DNA of 28,136 bases from a virus (lineage: Duplodnaviria; Caudoviricetes). Location: positions 1 to 28,136 of IMG/VR virus record IMGVR_UViG_3300030110_003212; one strand, written 5' to 3'. A model generated the notes under the pieces. The model made no database searches. It was not told where the DNA came from and saw only the letters and a program-made list of their open reading frames with translations. Positions within the stretch are counted from its first letter, which is position 1, and each line of letters starts with the position of its first letter. A program made the translations under genes and the position numbers. Positions 18,401 through 26,536 of the stretch are shown piece by piece.

Positions 18401-18790
18401 AATACATTGAACAAAGTATATAGTAAGCTAAACAAGAAAACAGAATTAGCTACACATAAAGTTGATTTAGCTTTAGTTGATGAATTAAAAAAAAGAAGTC
18501 AAGATTTACTTAAAAATTTAAAAGCAGCAGATGGTTCATGGAGAGATTATCAAGATTATTTAACAAATGCTGATAAACCATTTAAAAAAATGATTTCTAA
18601 TTATGATGATTTAGATGGTTCAATAGCTTTTGCTCAAAGTAGTGCTAATAAATATTTAAAAGCAGCTAAAGAATTAGGTGTTAATGTTAAAAGTAACAAA
18701 GATTATCAGAATGTAATAGCTAATTTAAAAACTGCTGAAGAAGTTATTAAAACTATTGCTTCTTTTAAAGATCCTTCAACTTTTCAATAA
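18398..18790 (+). CDS. Helical protein with MNTLNKVYSKLN leader (paralog A); putative internal head protein
   Basis: N-terminal ~30 aa nearly identical to 23284 ORF; shared AK[ED]LG[VI]N motif. Confidence 0.7.
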   Translation: MNTLNKVYSKLNKKTELATHKVDLALVDELKKRSQDLLKNLKAADGSWRDYQDYLTNADKPFKKMISNYDDLDGSIAFAQSSANKYLKAAKELGVNVKSNKDYQNVIANLKTAEEVIKTIASFKDPSTFQ

Positions 18791-18815
18791 AATAATTTAA
18801 ACAAATAAAAAAAGG

Positions 18816-18852
18816 TATAACACTTTAATAATAAAATTACATTACTATTATG
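18816..18852 (+). promoter_or_regulatory. Late promoter-like motif copy 3
   Basis: TATAACA-ctttaataataaaat-TACATTACTATT-ATG. Confidence 0.8.
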
Positions 18853-19443
18853 AAAGCACAAGAAGTATTAAACAAAATCAAAGGTATAGTAGGTGTAGAA
18901 TTAGCTGAAGAAGTTAATCTTGCCGAAATGAAACTTCAAAACGGTACTGTTATTGAAGCTGAAAAATTCGAAAAAGGCGAAGCAGTATTTATTAAATCAG
19001 ATGAAGAAAAAATAGCACTTCCAGTAGGAGAATATATTCTAGAAGATGGTAGGTTATTAGTAGTTGAAGAAGAAGGTTTAATTGCAGATATGAGAGATGT
19101 ATCTGATGATGTACCAGCTAAAGAAGAAGAAATGAGTGAAGAAACTAATTTAATGCCTGATGATGAAGCAGCAGTTTACGACTGGGCTGGCATGGAAAAA
19201 AGAATTAAAAATTTAGAAATAGCTGTTGCTAAACTTAAAGAAGCCAAAGAAGGCGGTGATGATAAAGTAGAAGCAGCTAAAGAAGAAGTTAAAGAAGAAT
19301 TATCAACTGAAGTTGAACTTTCTTCTGAAACAGTAGAACCAATTAAACATTCTCCTGAAATTGAAGATCAAGGATTTAAATTTGAAAAAAATAACTATCC
19401 TAAAACTTTACAAGCGAGAATTTACGAAAAATTAAATAATTAA
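18850..19443 (+). CDS. Capsid scaffolding protein
   Basis: Very acidic with coiled-coil; directly upstream of the capsid gene. Confidence 0.7.
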   Translation: MKAQEVLNKIKGIVGVELAEEVNLAEMKLQNGTVIEAEKFEKGEAVFIKSDEEKIALPVGEYILEDGRLLVVEEEGLIADMRDVSDDVPAKEEEMSEETNLMPDDEAAVYDWAGMEKRIKNLEIAVAKLKEAKEGGDDKVEAAKEEVKEELSTEVELSSETVEPIKHSPEIEDQGFKFEKNNYPKTLQARIYEKLNN

Positions 19444-19454
19444 AAAAGAAAAAA

Positions 19455-20396
19455 ATGGCAACAACGATTACAACAAGTTATGCTGGTGAGTTCAAAAATA
19501 GATATATAGCCGCAGCATTATTGAGTGGAAAAACCTTAGACAATGGTGGAATGACTGTTCTACCGAACATAGCTTTTAAAGAAGTAATTCAAAAGGTAGC
19601 TATGGGTGATGATTTTATAGTTAATGCAACTTGCGACTATGCAGATGCTGGAACTTTAACCGTTACTGAAAGAGTACTAGAAGTAGAAGAATTTCAAGTT
19701 AACAAAACTGAGTGTAAGAAAACTTGGGCTCAAACTTGGCAAGCTGCTGAAATGGGATATTCTGTAATGAATCAGAACCTTCCTAAATCATTTGCTGATT
19801 TTATTACTCAACAATATGTAGCTAAAATTGCACAAAAAACAGAACAAAATGTTTGGGCTGGTGTTAATGCTAACGCTGGTGAGTTTGATGGTATTACAAC
19901 TATTGCTGGTGCTAACATTGGTTCTTTAGCTGGTGGTGCTATTGTAGTAGGAACTACTGTTACTGCTTCAAATGTAATTACTGAGTTAGGTAAAGTAGTA
20001 GATCATGTAGCTGCTAACACTCCTGCAATCTTAGATAAAGAAGATTTAAGAATTTATGTAGGTAACGGTGTTTTCCAAGCTTATGTTAGAGCTTTAGGTG
20101 GTTTTGCATTAACTGGTTCTGCTGGTACTGATGATAAAATGACTCAATGGTATAATGGTGGTGGACTTACTTTTGATGGTATTCCAATTTTCTTAGCACC
20201 GGGTATGCCAGCAAACAAAATGATTTGTACTCAAATTTCAAACTTATTCTTTGGGTGTGGATTCTTAGGTGATTTATCAGAATTACGTCTAGTAGATACT
20301 TCTGAAACTTTAGGTGATCAGAATGTAAGATTTATTGCTAGATGGAAAGCTGGTGTTCAAATTGGACTTCTAGGAGAGGTTACATATTACACCTAA
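19455..20396 (+). CDS. Major capsid protein
   Basis: 313 aa, high-expression codon bias (GCT/ACT/GGT), follows protease and scaffold; W.G.....GEFDG pattern. Confidence 0.8.
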   Translation: MATTITTSYAGEFKNRYIAAALLSGKTLDNGGMTVLPNIAFKEVIQKVAMGDDFIVNATCDYADAGTLTVTERVLEVEEFQVNKTECKKTWAQTWQAAEMGYSVMNQNLPKSFADFITQQYVAKIAQKTEQNVWAGVNANAGEFDGITTIAGANIGSLAGGAIVVGTTVTASNVITELGKVVDHVAANTPAILDKEDLRIYVGNGVFQAYVRALGGFALTGSAGTDDKMTQWYNGGGLTFDGIPIFLAPGMPANKMICTQISNLFFGCGFLGDLSELRLVDTSETLGDQNVRFIARWKAGVQIGLLGEVTYYT

Positions 20397-20419
20397 TCAA
20401 TAAATTAATTAATAATAAT

Positions 20420-20455
20420 TAGTTACCTAATACTTTAAGTGGTGTTAGGTAACTA
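20420..20455 (+). other. 14-bp intergenic stem-loop after capsid gene
   Basis: TAGTTACCTAATAC pairs with GTGTTAGGTAACTA (one G-U); no U-tract. Confidence 0.75.
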
Positions 20456-20473
20456 CTTGAAAAACAGATAATT

Positions 20474-21022
20474 ATGGCGTGCGACATTACAGCGGGGAGG
20501 AAAATCCCCTGCAAGGATATAATCGGAGGAATAACCAAAGTTTACTTTATTAATTTTGGTGAACTTGGAACTGTTACTACTAATTCAGGTGATGAAATCT
20601 CTGATATGACTGGAACTGCTTCAGCGTATCAATATGATTTAAAAGGTACTAGTTCTTTAGAAGAAGCAATTAATTCTTCAAGAGATACAGGTACTACATT
20701 TTTTGAACAAACTTTAACACTTTCTTTACCTAAATTAAGTAAGGAAGATAACAAGGAAGTTAAATTACTTTCTTATGGCCGTCCTCATATAGTGATAGAA
20801 GATAATCTTGGCAATTGTAGAATGGCTGGTGTTACTTACGGTTGTGAAGTTACAGGTGGTTCTATTGCTACTGGTGCTGCTATGGGTGATATGTCGGGTT
20901 ATTCGTTAACTCTTGTAGGTAGTGAAAAGCTTCCAGCACAATTTATTGAAAGTGCGGTTGCTGGAAATCCTTTTGCTGGAATGTCAGGAACATTTACAAT
21001 CGTAGTGGGTACGAATAGTTAA
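20474..21022 (+). CDS. Major tail tube protein
   Basis: 182 aa MAC...GR..PCK..GGI, GTTFFEQTLTL, GYSLTL; followed by a terminator. Confidence 0.7.
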   Translation: MACDITAGRKIPCKDIIGGITKVYFINFGELGTVTTNSGDEISDMTGTASAYQYDLKGTSSLEEAINSSRDTGTTFFEQTLTLSLPKLSKEDNKEVKLLSYGRPHIVIEDNLGNCRMAGVTYGCEVTGGSIATGAAMGDMSGYSLTLVGSEKLPAQFIESAVAGNPFAGMSGTFTIVVGTNS

Positions 21023-21069
21023 AATTGGAATCTTTTGTTAGTGTGATTCAATATATATAGTGTTTAATT

Positions 21070-21104
21070 AAGGGAAGGTTTTAATAAATAGCCTTCCCTT
21101 TTTT
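21070..21104 (+). terminator. Rho-independent terminator
   Basis: AAGGGAAGGT/GCCTTCCCTT stem followed by T-run. Confidence 0.85.
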
Positions 21105-21116
21105 ATTAAAAAAAAT

Positions 21117-21467
21117 ATGCAAATTTTAACAGTTACAGGAACAAGATTGATTAACTTTACAAGTAGAGTTAAAATTGATAATGCTAAAACTTATTCATTA
21201 GTGATAAAGTCAGAAGAAAAAAACAAAGTTATTTTCACAGATGCTAATGCAACATTTACAGAAGTAAAGTATTATTACACTTATAGCACTACACAAGCAC
21301 TAACGGAAGCTAACTTTTACACCTTTGAAATTAATAATACTACTGATAATACATTAATCTTTAGAGGTAAAATATTTGCAACAGATCAAACATTAAGCAC
21401 GTTTAATATAAGTAATAATGTTTATGTTGAAAGCTCGACTGGTGATAACGAATATATTTACGCATAA
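21117..21467 (+). CDS. Hypothetical structural protein (possible head closure)
   Basis: Beta-rich 116 aa, TAATG-coupled to portal. Confidence 0.55.
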   Translation: MQILTVTGTRLINFTSRVKIDNAKTYSLVIKSEEKNKVIFTDANATFTEVKYYYTYSTTQALTEANFYTFEINNTTDNTLIFRGKIFATDQTLSTFNISNNVYVESSTGDNEYIYA

Positions 21468-23275
21468 TGGATAATATACATTTAATACAGCTGTCAGGTT
21501 ATGATAGGCCAGTTATTACAGAAGAAAGAAATCAAAACTGGGTAGGAATTGGAGAAAATAACGATTATTATGAAACGCTTATTCAAGCTTTTATGGATAG
21601 TACTACTAACAATGCTGTTATCAATGGTATTGTTAATCAAATTTATGGTAAAGGTTTGGATGCAACTGATAGCAACAGAAAACCCGAACAATACGCACAA
21701 ATGAGAGCTTTATTAAAAGCTAAAGATTTAAGAAGGGTATGCCAAGATTTAAAGTTATTAGGTGAAGGAAGTTTTCAAGTTACTTATAAAGGAAATCAAA
21801 TTTCTAGTATTACACACTTTCCTAGAGAAACACTAAGAGCAGAAAAAGTAGGTGAAGATGGAGAAATTAAGAATTATTTATATTCTCCTGATTGGGCAAA
21901 AGTAAAGCAAAATACAACATTAAAAAAGTTTCCTGTTTTTGGTAGTGGTGCAAAGAATGAAATATTTATTGTTAGAAGGTACGTTACAGGCTATTATTAT
22001 TATTCACCAGCTGATTATCAAACTAGCTATGCAGTACTAGAAAGAGAAATTGCAGATTATTTGATTAATGATACTATGAATGGTTTTAGTGGCACTAAAA
22101 TCGTTAATTTTAATAATGGTGTACCAGATCCTGAAAAGCAAGATATTATAAAATCTCAGGTTTTAAATAAACTTACAGGCAGTCATGGTGAAAAAGTAAT
22201 TGTAGCTTTTAATGATAATGCAGAAAGTAAAACTACTGTTGAGGATTGCCCTCTAAATGATGCTCCAGCACATTATTCTTATTTATCAGAAGAATGTAAA
22301 AAAATGATAATGTTAACTCACCGAGTAACAAGCCCATTATTACTTGGTTTATCTTCTGCTAATGGATTTTCTTCTAATGCTGATGAAATTATTAATGCTA
22401 GTAACTTATTTAACAACATTGTTATAAAGCCTTATCAGCATTTAATTACAGAAGCTTTATCAGAAATGTTTGCGGTTAATGGTATTTCTTTAAACTTGTA
22501 TTTTAAAACTATTGAGCCTTTAGAATTTATTGATGTTGATGAAGATTTAGATGCTGAAACAATAGAAGAAGAAACTGGTGTTAAAGTAGAAGATGAAGAA
22601 ACTATTATTGATGAATACAGAAGCCATTTGTGTTTAAAAGATGAACAGTTAAGTGATGAACAATATAATTTACTTTTAGAAAATCTTGAAGGTGAAGTAA
22701 TAGGTGATGAATGGGAACAGGCAGCAGAAAGAGATTATACTGAAGAAGTAAGTGATTCTAACAAATGGGCTGAAAATTTAGTTAAAGTAGATTTTGCTGA
22801 AACGATAGATAGCAACCCTAGTAAGTTTTCTATTTTAGATAAGAGTTATTACAAAATTAGGTTTAAGTATGTTAGAGGTTCTAATAAAGCTCAGAAATAC
22901 GAATCTAGGCCATTTTGTAAAGCTATGATGCAAAGAACATCAGAAAAAATAGTTTATAGAATAGAAGATATTGATAAAGCAAGTAGAAGTTTAACTTTCC
23001 AAAAAGGTGCTAAATTACCATTACATAAAGGTCAAGCATACGATTTATTTAAATTTAAAGGTGGTGTTTATTGTAGGCATAAATGGGTACAAGTACTTTA
23101 TAAATTAAAAGTATCAGCTTTAAACAAAGGTAAAGAAGGTTCTGAAGATATTAAAGATTATAAGGTAACAAGTAAAATTCCTAAGAGTGCTAGACGTTCA
23201 CCAGCTGGAAGTAAGAAAGCAAAAATAGCTCCTGTTAATATGCCTAATAATGGGCATTATCCGGGTGTAAAATAA
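21467..23275 (+). CDS. Portal protein with acidic linker and Cys/His C-terminal extension
   Basis: S.TNNA.I...IYGKG, NGFSG, I...HRVTSP.LLG, IKPYQ pattern over the first ~350 aa. Confidence 0.75.
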   Translation: MDNIHLIQLSGYDRPVITEERNQNWVGIGENNDYYETLIQAFMDSTTNNAVINGIVNQIYGKGLDATDSNRKPEQYAQMRALLKAKDLRRVCQDLKLLGEGSFQVTYKGNQISSITHFPRETLRAEKVGEDGEIKNYLYSPDWAKVKQNTTLKKFPVFGSGAKNEIFIVRRYVTGYYYYSPADYQTSYAVLEREIADYLINDTMNGFSGTKIVNFNNGVPDPEKQDIIKSQVLNKLTGSHGEKVIVAFNDNAESKTTVEDCPLNDAPAHYSYLSEECKKMIMLTHRVTSPLLLGLSSANGFSSNADEIINASNLFNNIVIKPYQHLITEALSEMFAVNGISLNLYFKTIEPLEFIDVDEDLDAETIEEETGVKVEDEETIIDEYRSHLCLKDEQLSDEQYNLLLENLEGEVIGDEWEQAAERDYTEEVSDSNKWAENLVKVDFAETIDSNPSKFSILDKSYYKIRFKYVRGSNKAQKYESRPFCKAMMQRTSEKIVYRIEDIDKASRSLTFQKGAKLPLHKGQAYDLFKFKGGVYCRHKWVQVLYKLKVSALNKGKEGSEDIKDYKVTSKIPKSARRSPAGSKKAKIAPVNMPNNGHYPGVK

Positions 23276-23283
23276 ATTAAGAT

Positions 23284-23661
23284 ATGAATACATTAAATAA
23301 AGTTTACAGCAAATTAAATACAGAAAAGAAAACTGAATTAGCAAAGCATAAAATTGAATTAGGAGCTATTGACGATTTAAAAAAATTAAACAGTTTATAT
23401 TATAAAAATACTGATACTGCTAATTCTAAAATAAAAGGTTTATTAAGTGAAGCAAGAAGTGCTGAATCTAAACTTGAAGATGCTTTAAAAGCTGCTAGTA
23501 AAATTGAATCTTTAGTATCTAAAGTGCAAAACATAGCTAAAGATTTAGGCATTAATGAAAATAAAGTAGAAGAATTAGAAGGTGCTAAAATTGCTATAAA
23601 AGAAGCCCAAGAATATAAAGTTGTTTTAAAAAAAATTAAACAGTTTATTAAATCTATATAA
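23284..23661 (+). CDS. Helical protein with MNTLNKVYSKLN leader (paralog B); putative internal head protein
   Basis: Leader shared with 18398 ORF. Confidence 0.7.
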   Translation: MNTLNKVYSKLNTEKKTELAKHKIELGAIDDLKKLNSLYYKNTDTANSKIKGLLSEARSAESKLEDALKAASKIESLVSKVQNIAKDLGINENKVEELEGAKIAIKEAQEYKVVLKKIKQFIKSI

Positions 23662-23664
23662 GAT

Positions 23665-24177
23665 ATGGCTAAGGCATTATTCATAACACGTAACGACCTC
23701 ATCACTTTTACAAGTGCTAATGGAAACCTCGATCCTGATAAGTTTTTACCCTATGTGAGGCTGGCTTCCGATATATACTTACAAACATATCTTGGAACTG
23801 AATTATATAAAAAAATTGAAGCATTAATTGAAGCTGGTACACTTACTTTAGTTGACAATCCTAACTACTATAATTTAGTTAACAACTATTGTAAAGATAT
23901 GTTAATTTATTACAGCATGGTAGAATACTTACCTTTTGCTGGAATTAACATTACTAATAGTGGAATCTTTTCTACACAACCTGAAAACAGTACAGTTTTA
24001 GATAAAGATAGAGTAGATAGTTTAATTTCTAAAAGCAAAGATACAGCACAACATTATACAAGAAGGATGATAGACTATTTATGTTATAATAATAATTTAT
24101 TTCCTGAATATAATAACAATACTAACGAAGATATGAACCCTGATACAAGAGCAGATTTCGGTGGATGGGTTTTATAA
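23665..24177 (+). CDS. Putative head-tail adaptor/connector
   Basis: ALFIT...LQTYLGTELY...FPEY helical protein downstream of portal. Confidence 0.55.
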   Translation: MAKALFITRNDLITFTSANGNLDPDKFLPYVRLASDIYLQTYLGTELYKKIEALIEAGTLTLVDNPNYYNLVNNYCKDMLIYYSMVEYLPFAGINITNSGIFSTQPENSTVLDKDRVDSLISKSKDTAQHYTRRMIDYLCYNNNLFPEYNNNTNEDMNPDTRADFGGWVL

Positions 24178-24197
24178 ATTTTTAATAATAATAGAGT

Positions 24198-25976
24198 ATG
24201 TCAGATTTTGGTAAAATATATGAAAGTTCTTGGTGGGGTGAAGGTGTATGTGCAAATACTATTGACTGGGGTTCATCATATAAATCTATATCTAATTGTT
24301 CAGATGCTTCTTTTAGTTATGCAGAGGCTAGTTATGCTAAAGATGCTTCAGATCCAACACCAACAATAACAGGTGATGCTGGGGGTACATTTACAGCTAC
24401 ACCAGCTGGATTAAGTATTAATTCTTCAACAGGTGAAGTTACTTTGTCAAGCTCAACAATAAACTCTTATACTGTAAAATACACTTTATCAGATGGAACT
24501 TTTACAACTCAAACTTTAGGTATTACTGCCGCAAGTTTCAGCAATGTATATTCTATGGATTTTGATGGAGTTGACGATTATGTAGATATTTTTGACTCTG
24601 TAACTGTTCCAACTGCTTTTCAATCAATAGGTAATAGTAACTCTTATTCAATTAGTGCTTGGATAAAAACAACACAAAATGCTGCTGCTCACTTTTATTG
24701 GTATAGTGGAGCAACTATAATAGAACTTAGACAACAACAAGGAGCAAACTCACACATTCCTTTTAACTTTGGTATTTCTTATAATCCTAGTGGTGGACAT
24801 AGTTTTTTAACTTTTGGTAGAAGTAATAATTATGCAACTGGAGCTGAATTAGTTTTTTCAACTGCTGATGTTAATGATGGTAATTGGCATCACGTTGCAA
24901 TAACAATAGATACTAATGATTATATTTTCTATGTTGATGGTTCAACTGCTGGTAGTGGTACTTTTTCAACAGCAACAGGTGATTGTAGTGTTTCAACAAC
25001 TACTTCAAATATGCAAATAGGCTCAAGGTCAAGGGATAGTGGGCTAAAAGATAGAAATTTATTTGATGGACAAATGGACGAACTTTCCATATTTAACTAC
25101 AAGTTAACCTCTGGAAATGTAACTTCAATTTACAACTCAGGAGTTCCTAATAACCTTAACGATTTAACTACACCCCCAACAGCGTGGTATAGAATGGGAG
25201 AGTCAGGAACTTACAAATCTCCACAGTGGCTACTACCTGAAAATAGTAATGTTGATAATTCAAGAATATCGAACTATTCGTTTGAATTTGATGGAGTGGA
25301 CGATTATATAAATTGTGGAACTGATAGTAGTTTAAAACCTACTTCGAATTATTCTGTTTCAGGTTGGTTTAAATTAGATGATGTTACAGGAACTAAAACA
25401 ATAATATCTAATGACAACAATAACGGGTATATGGTTTGGGTTAGTGGTTCTAGTTTGTGGTTTTATCATTATGATACAGGCTGGAAAACTTTGCAATCTA
25501 ATACAGTTCTTAGTGCTGATACTTGGTATCATTTTTGTATAACTTGGGAGCTGTCAACTACAACAGGTAGGTTGTATATTAATGGTTCAGAAGATATTAA
25601 CAGTACTAGTTTTAATCAAGTAACATATTTAAGCACCCCTGTTTACATTGGTACTTATGCACCAAGTAAATATTTTGAGGGTTATTTAGACGAAATTGCT
25701 GTTTTTAATACTACTTTAAGTTCTTCAGATGTAAGTTCTATTTACAATTCAGGTACTCCAACAACGTTACCAAGTGGAGCAGTAGCACATTGGAAATTAG
25801 GCGAACAAGCAACATTTAGCACTAACTGGACAGTGCCAGACCAAGTAGGAAGCAACGATGGAACGTCAGCCAATATGACCATAGAGGATAGAACAGGAAA
25901 TGCAAGTAATAGCACCTCGAACGCTCTTAGTTACAATATGACCGAATCTGACAGAGAGGAAGATACTCCGTCATAA
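24198..25976 (+). CDS. LamG/concanavalin-A-like lectin protein (two LamG domains plus Ig-like region); putative receptor-binding/decoration protein
   Basis: Two FDGVDDY...S.W.K...W.H...Y.DG/NG...F.G..DE repeats. Confidence 0.8.
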   Translation: MSDFGKIYESSWWGEGVCANTIDWGSSYKSISNCSDASFSYAEASYAKDASDPTPTITGDAGGTFTATPAGLSINSSTGEVTLSSSTINSYTVKYTLSDGTFTTQTLGITAASFSNVYSMDFDGVDDYVDIFDSVTVPTAFQSIGNSNSYSISAWIKTTQNAAAHFYWYSGATIIELRQQQGANSHIPFNFGISYNPSGGHSFLTFGRSNNYATGAELVFSTADVNDGNWHHVAITIDTNDYIFYVDGSTAGSGTFSTATGDCSVSTTTSNMQIGSRSRDSGLKDRNLFDGQMDELSIFNYKLTSGNVTSIYNSGVPNNLNDLTTPPTAWYRMGESGTYKSPQWLLPENSNVDNSRISNYSFEFDGVDDYINCGTDSSLKPTSNYSVSGWFKLDDVTGTKTIISNDNNNGYMVWVSGSSLWFYHYDTGWKTLQSNTVLSADTWYHFCITWELSTTTGRLYINGSEDINSTSFNQVTYLSTPVYIGTYAPSKYFEGYLDEIAVFNTTLSSSDVSSIYNSGTPTTLPSGAVAHWKLGEQATFSTNWTVPDQVGSNDGTSANMTIEDRTGNASNSTSNALSYNMTESDREEDTPS

Positions 25977-25988
25977 TAATATAAAAAA

Positions 25989-26264
25989 ATGGAAACAAGA
26001 TTAAATAACTTAAATTATGCAATTTGCAACATAGCAACAGATTTGCAAAACATTGACTTTTCACAAGTAGGGCAAAGTTCAGCTGGAACAATTAGAAGAA
26101 GTTTAGATGATACTCTTTTTGTAATTAAATACAATGCAGAACCTACCTTTATTAAAGATGGTAGTGTAACACCTTCACAAGTTTTAACACACTCACAAGC
26201 TTTAGAATTAATGAGTACTGAAGCTTGGAGTGAACCAATAGAAGAAGAAGCTAAAAAAAAGTAA
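25989..26264 (+). CDS. Hypothetical protein following LamG gene
   Basis: 91 aa ORF, IDFSQV...TIRRSLD...THSQAL.LM...W. Confidence 0.7.
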   Translation: METRLNNLNYAICNIATDLQNIDFSQVGQSSAGTIRRSLDDTLFVIKYNAEPTFIKDGSVTPSQVLTHSQALELMSTEAWSEPIEEEAKKK

Positions 26265-26336
26265 AACTTTGTATAAAAAAAAATAACAAATTAAGAAAAA
26301 GCAGGTTAAAACGTAGAATGAGAAAAAGCAGAAGAA

Positions 26337-26525
26337 ATGTTAGAAGAAAAAATAGATCAATTAATTAAAGGTCAAGTAGAGATTAAAACAAATCTTGAAA
26401 ACGTTTCTAAGCAGAAAAACGATCACGAAAGAAGGATTCGAGGGTTAGAAAAAAAGTTTTGGGCTGCTCTTGGTACTTTCTTTGTAGGTATTGGTACTTT
26501 CATAGAAGGTTTATTTATGAAATAA
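26337..26525 (+). CDS. XhlA-like membrane protein / holin component
   Basis: Coiled coil (DHERRIRGLE) plus C-terminal TM segment; just upstream of endolysin. Confidence 0.55.
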   Translation: MLEEKIDQLIKGQVEIKTNLENVSKQKNDHERRIRGLEKKFWAALGTFFVGIGTFIEGLFMK

Positions 26526-26536
26526 AATTTACTATT

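Noticed and set aside
21494-21700. Minus-strand 68 aa ORF
   Set aside because: Lies inside the portal gene.
23400-23705. Minus-strand 101 aa ORF
   Set aside because: Shadow of paralog B and the connector start.
24198-25976. Diversity-generating retroelement target
   Set aside because: No reverse transcriptase and no template/variable repeat pair differing at adenines was seen.
26459-26536. N-terminal extension of the amidase in the ORF track
   Set aside because: Overlaps the XhlA-like gene; the amidase domain begins at MRKI (26537).
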